The translations under genes were made by a program, and so were the position numbers. A stretch of 64,000 nt of DNA from an uncultured virus (IMG/VR IMGVR_UViG_3300044846_004358). Lineage: Duplodnaviria; Heunggongvirae; Uroviricota; Caudoviricetes. Where the stretch lies: the IMG/VR virus record IMGVR_UViG_3300044846_004358. One strand, given 5' to 3'. The notes below the pieces were generated by a model. That model was not told the DNA's origin. It did not search any database and saw only the letters and a program-made list of their open reading frames with translations. Each line of letters starts with the position of its first letter. Within the stretch, counting starts at the first letter, position 1. This document shows positions 19,124-28,699 of the stretch, piece after piece.

Positions 19124-20194
19124 TTACACAAAATTACTAGTACCTTGAGCCCCAAGTGATTGAGGAGATGGGCATACCTCACTATTTAACATTTTATCGA
19201 AATAATTTTTAGAATTATCAACCAAATAGTTCTCATTGGATTCTGATAATACAAAAACTTTAGCTTTATCCCAATATTTTTGTAAAATATTCAAAAATTC
19301 TGTTGTTAAATTTATGCAACCATATGATAAATCTAAATTTAAACCACCAGTGGATACCGCATTTATAAATTCCTTTTTTGCCTCAGGGTTTTTAACATCT
19401 CCCAAAAACTTTTTTGCCTTTTGTAATACTAATGTTCGTGGTTGTTCTAGGTAATAACCATGAATTGCTTGTGTGTATTGTTTGTTATTTTGAACCAAAT
19501 GTTTTATATTATTTATCTTTCCCGCATACGATGCGTCACTCGTAATCGTACCCATATCATAAACACCAGGAGAGGTAAACCTCTTGTTATTTCTATCTAT
19601 CCAATCATACACATAATCATGATTGTATTTTCTATTCTGACTTGTTTGGTCAACATATCCCTTACCATTAATCCATTTAAAACCCGCTTTGATAGCTGAC
19701 TCATCCCAAGATAACATAGCATTTGCTATATCCGTAGGGTTAGTGGGTTGTTTGTTTTTTCCTGAAATAATTACATCTTTCGCAATAAAATTACCATTCG
19801 GGTCAAACAGATATATCAATTGATTTAAAGTGTCAACTACAATCAAATTATAAGTTCTCATCAATGGTCTAATACAATTCAAAGCAATTTCACAAGAAAT
19901 TCTATCATTCTTTATTGTTTTATAATACATTTCAGCTCTTTTATTTATTAAATTATTAATATAATTCCAAATAGTTGTATCAACTGTAATCGATGGTAAA
20001 TTAAGTTGTTTTTTGTAAAAATCGTAAATATTTTCAATATCAACAATTTGTTTAGAGTCCTTATTAATATAAGGACAAAATTGTTTTTGTCTCTCTGATG
20101 ATTTTTTAATTTCAGGTTTTGATTCTTGTTCACTCAAAATACCATACAATAATTTGATTAAAACCTTTTCCTCCTCCGTAATTCTAACTTTCAT
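19124..20194 (-). CDS. Class-B leader protein with L,D-transpeptidase (YkuD)-like domain
   Basis: LIVVD...Q.IYLF, TSPGVY, AIHG, SYGCINL. Confidence 0.65.
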   Translation of the reverse strand: MKVRITEEEKVLIKLLYGILSEQESKPEIKKSSERQKQFCPYINKDSKQIVDIENIYDFYKKQLNLPSITVDTTIWNYINNLINKRAEMYYKTIKNDRISCEIALNCIRPLMRTYNLIVVDTLNQLIYLFDPNGNFIAKDVIISGKNKQPTNPTDIANAMLSWDESAIKAGFKWINGKGYVDQTSQNRKYNHDYVYDWIDRNNKRFTSPGVYDMGTITSDASYAGKINNIKHLVQNNKQYTQAIHGYYLEQPRTLVLQKAKKFLGDVKNPEAKKEFINAVSTGGLNLDLSYGCINLTTEFLNILQKYWDKAKVFVLSESNENYLVDNSKNYFDKMLNSEVCPSPQSLGAQGTSNFV

Positions 20195-20224
20195 AAATTT
20201 TTATTTATAAATATATCAGTCAAA

Positions 20225-20260
20225 TAATAATCCCCACCTATGTAAGAGTGGGGATTATTA
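20225..20260. terminator. Intrinsic terminator (CCCCAC family)
   Basis: 13-bp perfect stem TAATAATCCCCAC / GTGGGGATTATTA. Confidence 0.8.
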
Positions 20261-20264
20261 AATT

Positions 20265-20882
20265 TTAAACCAACCTTCTAATTATTTCTCGTATCTTGGC
20301 TTCAGATATATTTGTACCTCCACCATCCAACTTATCAGTAAAACCTTTCAACTTATCAAATGCTGGATGAGAAGATATTGGTTCTTTTTTTGCATCCTTC
20401 ATAACATCCCAAGTTGATGGCTTAATCTTCATATGGTTTTTAACCAAATATTTTATTTCATCAACATCAGTTCCTTCATAAGATTCAACCCAATCTCTAA
20501 ATTGTTCAACATATTTTTCTGATTTATCTTCATGTCCATATGCGGTAGGTTCTCCTGTCTTAGGATTAATTCCATAGGTATCCATTTTACCCAAATCATG
20601 AAATAATGCGGTCATTATCATATTGGGGTCATCAGGATAATGATGATACGCCCTCTTGATTACAACCAAAATATGTTTTAATGAATTACCCTCAGGATGC
20701 CATTTTGGATTCTGTTTTGCATCCCATTGTTTGAATAATAATTCTTTTAATTCTTGGGGTAAATCATCATATAATTCTCTATACGATTTTGGAAATTCTT
20801 TTTTGTTTTCTTCCATTTCATTTATTGTTTGTTTAACCAAACTTAATAAATCTCTTTCAGTTAGTCTAATTATTTTTTTCAT
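20265..20882 (-). CDS. HD-domain phosphohydrolase with class-A leader
   Basis: QNPKWHPEG..LKH, ALFHDLGK, GHE, NHM; resembles the HD domain of CCA-adding enzymes. Confidence 0.82.
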   Translation of the reverse strand: MKKIIRLTERDLLSLVKQTINEMEENKKEFPKSYRELYDDLPQELKELLFKQWDAKQNPKWHPEGNSLKHILVVIKRAYHHYPDDPNMIMTALFHDLGKMDTYGINPKTGEPTAYGHEDKSEKYVEQFRDWVESYEGTDVDEIKYLVKNHMKIKPSTWDVMKDAKKEPISSHPAFDKLKGFTDKLDGGGTNISEAKIREIIRRLV

Positions 20883-20885
20883 ATT

Positions 20886-21422
20886 TTAGTTTTTATTTAT
20901 AAAGTCATTATATACATTCTCATCAAAGAAAAATCTACCCCCCAATTCCACAGAATTAACACCATAGTCATATCTATAATCATTATCAAGATATGCCTTG
21001 ATTAAATCACCACCATCCACAGTTATGGTTACCAATGGAGAACCCTTTTTTTCATATGAAACATCATCATCCACCCTTTCCTCATTTCCCTCACCAATAT
21101 ATTCAAAGTCATCATTCATAAAACCCAATAACATATCAACCTCTTGCTTTAATCTTTCAGGATTTATATAATCACCATAGTTAGAAAAGAAATCATCAAT
21201 TTCATCCTTAAATTGTTCATAGGTAGGATATTCACTTGATTCATCATCATTTGTCATTTCAAATTCATCATCACCATCCATTTCCATTAATGGTTTTACA
21301 TTTCCCAAACTTGATTTCAATAATTTATTGAATTTTTGTGTTTCAACAATCAAGGAATTATTATATTGTTCCAAGATTCTATTTTTTTCTTCACCAGATA
21401 AATCGTTTAATAAATGTTTCAT
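20886..21422 (-). CDS. Acidic hypothetical protein with class-B-like leader (MKHLLNDLSGEEKNRILEQY)
   Basis: 178-aa ORF; TATTTAT motif at 21435-21441. Confidence 0.72.
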   Translation of the reverse strand: MKHLLNDLSGEEKNRILEQYNNSLIVETQKFNKLLKSSLGNVKPLMEMDGDDEFEMTNDDESSEYPTYEQFKDEIDDFFSNYGDYINPERLKQEVDMLLGFMNDDFEYIGEGNEERVDDDVSYEKKGSPLVTITVDGGDLIKAYLDNDYRYDYGVNSVELGGRFFFDENVYNDFINKN

Positions 21423-21458
21423 AATTTTTTATTTATAAATATATTTTATTTCAAAAAA

Positions 21459-21496
21459 GGGGTTGGGGATTGAATACGACCGAAGGGAGAAAAATT
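21459..21496. repeat. ~38-bp intergenic repeat, copy 2
   Basis: GGGGTTGGGGATTGAATACGACCGAAGGGAGAAAAATT. Confidence 0.75.
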
Positions 21497-21499
21497 ATA

Positions 21500-21934
21500 T
21501 TATAATAACCCCATTATCGATTTAATCTCCATCTTCAATTTATCAAAATCAGGCATCTTAAAATAACCCTGCCATACCAATGTCTTCCCATTCTCCATAT
21601 TCATTGTCGTACCCACTCCATTAATTAATTTCTTTGACAGTTCAACATTAGATGTGGGACTAGTAACAAACAAACGATATGTACTCTCATCATCAACAAT
21701 CTTAGGTCCAACCTTCAACTCTAATTCCCCACCATTCTTACCCTTATAATATAATTGATTGTTGACAAAAACCATCCCCAATTCCTTACCAATCTTTTCC
21801 ATATCAATCTTACCTTGAAAGGTGGGAACACCAGGAGGAGCTTGGTCAATATACAAATCAACATTCTGCTCAGAAATTATTCTATTTACCAATTTAATTA
21901 ATTCACCCTCTGTTAATCTTATAATTCTTTTCAT
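21500..21934 (-). CDS. Hypothetical protein with class-A leader
   Basis: MKRIIRLTEGELIKLVNRIISE; TATTTAT motif at 21949-21955. Confidence 0.8.
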   Translation of the reverse strand: MKRIIRLTEGELIKLVNRIISEQNVDLYIDQAPPGVPTFQGKIDMEKIGKELGMVFVNNQLYYKGKNGGELELKVGPKIVDDESTYRLFVTSPTSNVELSKKLINGVGTTMNMENGKTLVWQGYFKMPDFDKLKMEIKSIMGLL

Positions 21935-21969
21935 AAATCAATTTTAATATAAATATACAAAATTAAAAA

Positions 21970-22006
21970 GGGGCTGGGGATTTGAATACGAGTGAAACGA
22001 GAAAAT
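21970..22006. repeat. ~38-bp intergenic repeat, copy 3
   Basis: GGGGCTGGGGATTTGAATACGAGTGAAACGAGAAAAT. Confidence 0.8.
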
Positions 22007-22042
22007 ATAAAACCCCACTCTATAATGAATGGGGAAACTAAT

Positions 22043-22585
22043 TTACCTAATAATAAGATTAGGATTTATCTTTATGTTTTCAAATATAGTGTCAAAATTA
22101 TAAATGATGATATTTCTACTTTCATAATCAGTAATATCCTTTATGTAATAACCAGTAGTTGCCGACAAACTATTATGTTCCATCTTGGTTACTGTCACCG
22201 TAACATTGTACTTATATAAAAAATCAGTAAACTCCTCAATCGTCATATCAGGGTTTTGTTGAAGATATTCCAATAACAACACAACAATAACAACCCTATT
22301 AACAACATGCTCCTTAACTATCTTAAACTCATCCTTTTTAAGTTCACTAATCATCCCATTCTTTTTCATTTCCTTTATCACTTTCTCCAATTCAATTACA
22401 CCAACAGATTTTAATCCAGTATCAAAAAAAGAAACATCAAATATCTGACTCCTTAATGAACTAACCAAAGCATCGTATAATATAATATCATTATTCCTAG
22501 CTTCAATACAATCTTTTAAACATCCTTTGATAAGAATATAACAAGCTTTAATTCTTACTTGCTGACTTGGACTTAATTTTTTCAT
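22043..22585 (-). CDS. Hypothetical protein
   Basis: Start moved to MKKL after TATCTTTG (22616-22623); KEHVV and MEHN motifs weakly suggest a His-Me nuclease. Confidence 0.65.
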   Translation of the reverse strand: MKKLSPSQQVRIKACYILIKGCLKDCIEARNNDIILYDALVSSLRSQIFDVSFFDTGLKSVGVIELEKVIKEMKKNGMISELKKDEFKIVKEHVVNRVVIVVLLLEYLQQNPDMTIEEFTDFLYKYNVTVTVTKMEHNSLSATTGYYIKDITDYESRNIIIYNFDTIFENIKINPNLIIR

Positions 22586-22714
22586 TTTAGTATTTTTTTT
22601 TGTTAGTAATCTCAACAAAGATATTACTATTTCACAATTTCTAAAATTTTTCCAAAAATATTTTTTTTACAATTTCACTTATATTTGTACACATCAGATT
22701 TTTTCCCAAAAAAT

Positions 22715-22751
22715 GGGTTGGGGATTTGAATACGAGTGATAACGAGAAAAT
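22715..22751. repeat. ~38-bp intergenic repeat, copy 4
   Basis: GGGTTGGGGATTTGAATACGAGTGATAACGAGAAAAT. Confidence 0.8.
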
Positions 22752-23500
22752 TATAATTCCGCAATTTGTTGCTCAATTAATTCTTTATATAACGGATGTT
22801 CTTTATACTCTTTCAATAGGCTAAAATAAAAATTAATCTTTTCATCTATCCTTTGTCCCGCAGGTTGTGATGTATCCCATAACTCCAAATTCTCAATTCT
22901 ATTGTCAGTCCTTATCCCATTTATATGATGTATGTTTTGGTGGGGTAATAATTTGATTCCGTAGTGTTGTTCATATATAACCCTATGTTCTCGCATCCCT
23001 CTGAATTCACCATGTCTATATTCAAGATATCCCTTCCCATTAACTATTGGTTCACCCCCCTTCCAATTATAATGATTAGACCCCGACATTCTTTCACTAA
23101 CAATATCTTTAACCAAACATCCACAAGACCTTGTTGGATTTTGTTTTTTTGTCAAATCCTTTCTGAAAACATCCACCTCATTACCACAATCACATTGACA
23201 TTTCCATTTAACACCATAGTTCTTTACCGACTCAACAAATTCAGTAACAACTAATCTACCTACCCTCATACCTATTATATTGTCAATTCCTTTTTCCTTT
23301 TTTACATAGGTTTTTTTGTGACGTTCTTTTCGCTTGAGCAATATTGATTCTTTGTTTTTTTCATATTCATTTTTCTTTCTAATACTAGTACAAGGTTTAC
23401 AATAACTAGCCTTACCATATGTCCCCTTTTTGTCATTGAAAAAATCATCCAGTACCTTCCCAATTTTACAAGAACTACACACTTTTTTTACTCCACACAT
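22751..23500 (-). CDS. HNH homing endonuclease with zinc-binding motifs
   Basis: CSSC/CKPC, WKCQCDCG, SCGC, EHR..YE, HHINGIRTDNRIENLELW. Confidence 0.9.
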   Translation of the reverse strand: MCGVKKVCSSCKIGKVLDDFFNDKKGTYGKASYCKPCTSIRKKNEYEKNKESILLKRKERHKKTYVKKEKGIDNIIGMRVGRLVVTEFVESVKNYGVKWKCQCDCGNEVDVFRKDLTKKQNPTRSCGCLVKDIVSERMSGSNHYNWKGGEPIVNGKGYLEYRHGEFRGMREHRVIYEQHYGIKLLPHQNIHHINGIRTDNRIENLELWDTSQPAGQRIDEKINFYFSLLKEYKEHPLYKELIEQQIAEL

Positions 23501-23519
23501 ATTATTCGATTTTTTTAAA

Positions 23520-23930
23520 GATAGGAGTAATTTTCCAATTTCCCAAAATTTTTTTTTCAATATAGGGACATTTTTCCAATTTTCAGAATTTTTTCCATAA
23601 ATATTTTTTCACCCATATACTTTGTTTAGGGGATTGTCCCCCCTTTTTACGAAAAATACGACAAATATAGGGAGGGGGGATACGGAGGAGGGGGGTATAT
23701 ACCCATACCACCCCCCATATAGGCCACCAACCCCACCCATACCATTTCAAACAATCAAATAAAATAGATAGCCCCTCCTATGTCAAATGAAACCCTATGA
23801 CAATATGACATAGGTAATGCTCTCGTATATGATGGGGATATGAACATAGTTATCCACTGACAAGATGACAATGTGGATAACAATAATAAAATAAAGATGG
23901 GGGAATGTTTGGTAATGCCGGCACCATATA
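23520..23930. other. Non-coding G/C-run region with DnaA-box-like motifs; candidate origin or packaging/terminus region, left half
   Basis: G-runs switch to C-runs near 23700; TTATCCACT 23850-23858; TGTGGATAA 23872-23880; TGACA-N3-TGACA repeats. Confidence 0.5.
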
Positions 23931-23939
23931 TTACCTTTG
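23908..23939 (+). promoter_or_regulatory. Bacteroidota sigma-A-type promoter
   Basis: TTTG 23908-23911, N20, TACCTTTG 23932-23939. Confidence 0.7.
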
Positions 23940-23966
23940 TTGTTCACACTTAAATCAAGAACCAAT

Positions 23967-24341
23967 ATGAAGAAGACATTATTATTAATGTTGGTTGGGG
24001 GTTCATTGTATTCTCAGGGAATAGATTGTTCGAGTATGTTCAACCCCACCAATAAGACCATTCAATTAATTGACTCACTTAATATGAGTGAGATGACCTA
24101 TCGTGTACAGGTTGTATCATCATCCTATGTAGACAGGAATAAGTTTGGTAAGTATTTGAGGACGCATAGATGTGAGGTGGACTATTGTTTATTACCGAGT
24201 GGTAGGGAAGTATATAGATATACCATATCCCCAACCATTGTTAATAGTTATACTGAGGCATTGAAGTTGATGGAGGTATTGAATAGGACTTATGATAATC
24301 CGTTTGTGGTAATGTATCGCAAGGGGAAAAGAATTAATTAG
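23967..24341 (+). CDS. Secreted protein with SPOR-like domain
   Basis: Signal peptide MKKTLLLMLVGGSLYS-Q; YRVQV...YRYTI...SYTEA...FVVMYRKGKRI. Confidence 0.6.
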   Translation: MKKTLLLMLVGGSLYSQGIDCSSMFNPTNKTIQLIDSLNMSEMTYRVQVVSSSYVDRNKFGKYLRTHRCEVDYCLLPSGREVYRYTISPTIVNSYTEALKLMEVLNRTYDNPFVVMYRKGKRIN

Positions 24342-24347
24342 AAATGT

Positions 24348-24378
24348 TTTGTAGTGTGGGGATGGTTTATTATCTTTG
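24348..24378 (+). promoter_or_regulatory. Bacteroidota sigma-A-type promoter
   Basis: TTTG 24348-24351, N19, TATCTTTG 24371-24378. Confidence 0.7.
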
Positions 24379-24400
24379 TTGTATCACAAACACCACCACT

Positions 24401-24769
24401 ATGATTGAAAACATTGTAAAGAAACTTATGAAGGGAAAGACATTTACTTGTCAGGGATATGGATTGACCATTACTTACAAGGTGAATGTTAATGTGAAGA
24501 TTGATAGTAGACATTGGAAGGGAGAGTATAAGTATATTGATTTGAACATCAAGGTGATTGAATGTGTTAGAAGTGGTTATGGTCGTAATATTACCTTATT
24601 TAAGAATGGTAGGGGTAATAGGAGTGACTATAGAGATGTACAGGATATTGTTAGACAAGATATGAATAAGTGGGTGTCCCCAATCTTCTCTACACATTTT
24701 TATAGAAACTATTACACATTAATTACGCATCTTACTGAGATTAGAATAAACCGTTATACATATAGTTAA
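24401..24769 (+). CDS. Hypothetical protein
   Basis: Start moved to ATG 24401, downstream of the promoter. Confidence 0.7.
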   Translation: MIENIVKKLMKGKTFTCQGYGLTITYKVNVNVKIDSRHWKGEYKYIDLNIKVIECVRSGYGRNITLFKNGRGNRSDYRDVQDIVRQDMNKWVSPIFSTHFYRNYYTLITHLTEIRINRYTYS

Positions 24770-24770
24770 T

Positions 24771-24929
24771 ATGATTTACTTAATAGTAATACCGACCATC
24801 CTCGTTTTAATATGGTGGTTTATCTTTTATCTTGGGGAGAAAGTTTCCAAGAGATATCCCACCTCTTTGTTTGCCAAGTTTTGGAATAACTACATTTGTA
24901 TGGGTATTCCTGATAACGAGGATATGTAA
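24771..24929 (+). CDS. Small single-TM peptide (52 aa, not in ORF track)
   Basis: Hand translation MIYLIVIPTILVLIWWFIFYLGEKVSKRYP...; ATG immediately after the upstream stop. Confidence 0.5.
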   Translation: MIYLIVIPTILVLIWWFIFYLGEKVSKRYPTSLFAKFWNNYICMGIPDNEDM

Positions 24930-25213
24930 TCTTTTAGTTTGGCAAGAGAATCAGTTCTTATCTCCATTTGGAGCTTGGTTAAATCCCCCTCGTTGAGTGG
25001 GGATTTTTCATTTATATAATCTATGATTTCGAACATATATACTTGTGTCAGCAGATAGACAGGTTCAGTTTGGTATTTGGACCTTTGTTCCCATTCTTTA
25101 TAATTACATCCCCCTACTATTGTCATTGTATCTTCTTGTATTGTGTATATAACATGATACTCCTTGTCTACTTGTTCTATTATGGTGGGGATATTGGATA
25201 GATAATTGTTCAT
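24890..25213 (-). CDS. Hypothetical protein
   Basis: 107-aa ORF. Confidence 0.6.
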   Translation of the reverse strand: MNNYLSNIPTIIEQVDKEYHVIYTIQEDTMTIVGGCNYKEWEQRSKYQTEPVYLLTQVYMFEIIDYINEKSPLNEGDLTKLQMEIRTDSLAKLKDYISSLSGIPIQM

Positions 25214-26010
25214 AACTTTGTTTATAAAATGTACCTGACGCTATGTCAGTGGATAAGTTTATGTGTTAAAATTGTTAAAAAATTTGAAAATGTCATTATG
25301 TCAGGTGGAGGGGACAATCCCTTTGAAGGGTTTTATGGTAATTAATTCCCACCTTTTCCCACAACTTACCACTGATAAATACATTCCAGCGTATTAAAAA
25401 CCCACTTTTTTGTGTCTGGCGGTATCTGTAGAGGTATTTTTTTTACTATATACATTTCCCAGATAAAAATGTTAGTTATATATTTGAGTCGGGTGGGACA
25501 TGTAATGTCTTAGGAATAGTATTAATATATGTTATAAAATGAATACTTCAACCCCCATCTTTGATGGAATTAATCGTATCTTTAAGTATCAAATCGTATC
25601 ATATTTTGATGGATTACCATAACAATCCTTTCATAAACCCCTTATATAATTTACCAATATATTTCCTGGAATGATATGGAATATCTATTATGAAATACCA
25701 TAGTAAATTACTATCTTAGAGGACATTTCCCCACTTACCATATGTAGAGTCGAAGACATATAGAAAAGTGTTGTATGGGGGAATTGTGTGGGTTATATAA
25801 TGGATTACCATAATGGTGGGGATTATATGTAAATGAATATAGTATTGGTAAAATATGGTCTTTTAGATGGGGGATTATATGTGAATGAATATAATGTAGT
25901 ATTAATATATGAACGAGGGGAATGACATTCATAACGGAGTGGTTTGACCCCGACCGTAGGGATGGGGGAAAAATGAATGGAAATGGAGGTGAGTGAGTAT
26001 ATTAATATTA
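25214..26010. other. Largest non-coding stretch (~0.8 kb) with short repeats; candidate origin region, right half
   Basis: TGTCAGTGGATAA 25244-25256, GGGGACAATCCC 25310-25321, two copies of ATGGATTACCATAA, and a C-rich to G-rich switch near 25750. Confidence 0.5.
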
Positions 26011-26045
26011 CATTATGGTATTTATGTAGATAATATAATTTGAAT

Positions 26046-26498
26046 ATGAAACTAATAATAACTGAAGAACAATATAGATTACTGATTGAGAATGAAGATG
26101 GTAAGAATCTTATTGATTTAACATCATTTGAGAATTTGAAACCATCAGCTTTGGATGATATGTTTTTACATATTAATAAAAAGAAGGGTGGGAAGTATGA
26201 TGGATATTATATTGATGGGGATTTGGATTTATATGAAAGAGAGGCCGATGTTACCACTTTGGATTATTTGGTTAAGGTTGGTGGTAATCTTTATTTGGCA
26301 AATACAAAAATAGAATCTTTACCAAGATTGACTGAGGTTGGTGGTTTTTTGAATATAACAAAAACCAAAATAAAATCATTACCAAAGTTATCATCGGTTG
26401 GGGGTTATTTGGCTTTACTTTTTACTCCCCTCTCTAAGAAGATTAGTAAAGAAGAATTGGAGAAACAAATAAATGTTGGAAGAGAAATATATCTATGA
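26046..26498 (+). CDS. Class-D leader plus LRR-like repeat protein 1
   Basis: MKLIITEEQY; ~21-aa repeats LPRLTEVGGFLNITKTKIKS; TATTTAT at 26019-26025. Confidence 0.8.
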   Translation: MKLIITEEQYRLLIENEDGKNLIDLTSFENLKPSALDDMFLHINKKKGGKYDGYYIDGDLDLYEREADVTTLDYLVKVGGNLYLANTKIESLPRLTEVGGFLNITKTKIKSLPKLSSVGGYLALLFTPLSKKISKEELEKQINVGREIYL

Positions 26499-27088
26499 AA
26501 CTAATAATAACTGAAGAACAATATAGATTAATCATTGAGAATGAAAATGGTGGTAAGTTATTTACTATACCAACTGAATTAATAAAGGATGAAGAAGGTA
26601 TTGATAAACTATTCACATTATATCATAAAACTAAATCTAAAAAAGGTTGGGTTGGTATAAAGATTTTGGGTGACTTGAACTTGAGAATAATGAACTTTGA
26701 CGATACTTTTCACTTATTTAGTTTATTACCTGAAATTGTTTATGTTAAGGGAAATATTTTATTACCTGAATATGATTTTGATTTCGATTTTAATAAATTG
26801 GAATATGTTGGTGGTAGTTTTAGAGGTCATTTGACAGGTGAAGTGTTATTACCAAAATTAAAAAAGGTTATGGGGTTTTTATCGTTATCTGTTAGTAATC
26901 TTACATCATTACCCGAACTAGAATATGTTGGAGGTGGTTTGAATTTGAGGCAAACACAGATAAGTGAATTACCAAAATTAAAATATGTTGGTGAGGCAAT
27001 GAGCTTGATGGGGACACCCTTTGCTAAGAAAACAAATAGAGAGGAACTAAGAAATAAAATACAAGTAGGAGGAAATATATTATTATGA
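26495..27088 (+). CDS. Class-D leader plus LRR-like repeat protein 2
   Basis: LPELEYVGGGLNLRQTQISE-type repeats. Confidence 0.82.
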   Translation: MKLIITEEQYRLIIENENGGKLFTIPTELIKDEEGIDKLFTLYHKTKSKKGWVGIKILGDLNLRIMNFDDTFHLFSLLPEIVYVKGNILLPEYDFDFDFNKLEYVGGSFRGHLTGEVLLPKLKKVMGFLSLSVSNLTSLPELEYVGGGLNLRQTQISELPKLKYVGEAMSLMGTPFAKKTNREELRNKIQVGGNILL

Positions 27089-27735
27089 AACTAATAATAA
27101 CTGAAGAACAATTAAGATTGATTATTGAAAGTGAGGGTGATGGTAAATTATTTAATGTGCCTAATGCTTTTTTACAAACAATAGGTGGTGTAACTAAGAC
27201 CTTAAATCTTTATAACAAATTAAAAGATGTTAAAGGATTTGATGGAATTAAGGTTATTGGTAAATTGGATTATTATGAGATTGACGCTGATGATAATGAT
27301 GACTTGGATAATTTCACCAATGAGGTTGTTTATATTGATGGAACTTTAATTTTGGCTGAAGAAAATCCTGATAATAATTTCGGTAAATTGAAAGTTATTG
27401 ATGGTAATTTGAGAGGTTCTGAGGTTGATAATATTTCATTCCCCAATTTGGAATATGTAACTGGTGATGTTAGTTTGGAAGATAGTGGTATTAGTGAATT
27501 ACCGAAACTGAAAGAGGTTGATGGTTGTTTATATTTACAAAGAACAGGTATTCATTCATTACCAGAATTGAAATCTGTTGGATTACATTTGAATCTTTAT
27601 AACACAATTATTAAGGATTTACCTAAGTTAGAAATTGTTCAGGGTGTATTGACATTGAGACATACACCTTTAGCTGATAAAAAAAATGAAGAGAAACTAA
27701 GAAAAATACAAGTAGGAGGACATCTTAATTTATGA
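27085..27735 (+). CDS. Class-D leader plus LRR-like repeat protein 3
   Basis: LPKLKEVDGCLYLQRTGIHS-type repeats. Confidence 0.82.
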   Translation: MKLIITEEQLRLIIESEGDGKLFNVPNAFLQTIGGVTKTLNLYNKLKDVKGFDGIKVIGKLDYYEIDADDNDDLDNFTNEVVYIDGTLILAEENPDNNFGKLKVIDGNLRGSEVDNISFPNLEYVTGDVSLEDSGISELPKLKEVDGCLYLQRTGIHSLPELKSVGLHLNLYNTIIKDLPKLEIVQGVLTLRHTPLADKKNEEKLRKIQVGGHLNL

Positions 27736-28304
27736 AAATAATAATAACAGAAGAACAATATAGATTATTGATTGAGGGTGAGGGTAGATTACTTCCTGTA
27801 CCTGAAGATATGTGGAATCAAGATGGTGGTATTACAAAGATTTATAGTTTATTTGACAAGACCAAGGACACTAAGAATTGGGTTGGTATAAAGGTAATTG
27901 GTGATTTGAGTTTAACATATGAGGATGACGAACATCTTAAAGATTTCTGTGAATACTTAGTTGAGGTTACAGGTGATTTTGAAATGTCAAACAGAAAAAG
28001 ATTTGAATTTCCTTTATTAATTAAAGTTGATGGTGATGTTAATATTGCGAACTCGGATATTGATTTTCCAAAATTGAGATATGTTGGGGGTGATTTTAGA
28101 GGAAGAGGAAGTGATACTGAGGAACTACCTGAATTGGAATATGTTGGTGGGTCATTATCATTAAGAGAAACTTTTATTCAGGATTTGCCAAAATTGAAAT
28201 ATGTTGGTGATGTATTGAATATTATGGATTCATCCCTCTCTAAGAAAACTACTGAGAAAGAATTAAGAAGTAAAATAAATGTTGAAGGAAACATATGGTT
28301 ATGA
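27732..28304 (+). CDS. Class-D leader plus LRR-like repeat protein 4
   Basis: LPELEYVGGSLSLRETFIQD-type repeats. Confidence 0.82.
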   Translation: MKIIITEEQYRLLIEGEGRLLPVPEDMWNQDGGITKIYSLFDKTKDTKNWVGIKVIGDLSLTYEDDEHLKDFCEYLVEVTGDFEMSNRKRFEFPLLIKVDGDVNIANSDIDFPKLRYVGGDFRGRGSDTEELPELEYVGGSLSLRETFIQDLPKLKYVGDVLNIMDSSLSKKTTEKELRSKINVEGNIWL

Positions 28305-28699
28305 AGTTAATAATTACAGAATCTCAATATAAGGAACTTAATAAGATTGATGATATCTATGATGGTTTAGACCCATATTATCGTAGGAGGATTGATTATA
28401 TTGATATAAAGGACGATATTGATATGAGGATTGGATTTAGGCAAGTTTTTCCTTCTCAAAGGGAAGCTTTGCACGGGCGTATGAATGTTCTTAAGAAAAG
28501 TCCTCGTGGTATTGATGGACATATCGATGATATAATTCATAATGTTGTTTGGAGTACAATACCTGATGAGTGGGGTGGAAGTGAAGATGAAAGATTATTT
28601 GATTATGTTAATGAAATGACAGATAGAGTTAAAAAGAAATATCGTGGTTATATAATGGGTAAATTACTTAAAATGCTTGAAGATGAGGATAATAATTAA
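28301..28699 (+). CDS. Class-D leader hypothetical protein (paralog pair 1a)
   Basis: ESQYKELNKIDDIYDGLDPYYRRRI...NVVWSTIPDE, shared with the next gene. Confidence 0.78.
   Translation: MKLIITESQYKELNKIDDIYDGLDPYYRRRIDYIDIKDDIDMRIGFRQVFPSQREALHGRMNVLKKSPRGIDGHIDDIIHNVVWSTIPDEWGGSEDERLFDYVNEMTDRVKKKYRGYIMGKLLKMLEDEDNN

Noticed and set aside
18374..22751. The ~38-bp repeat as a CRISPR array
   Set aside because: Copies are 0.5-3 kb apart, separated by genes and degenerate; no cas genes
25735..25932. 65-aa His/Pro-rich ORF in the track
   Set aside because: Composition reflects the G-rich skewed non-coding sequence; no promoter motif; likely spurious
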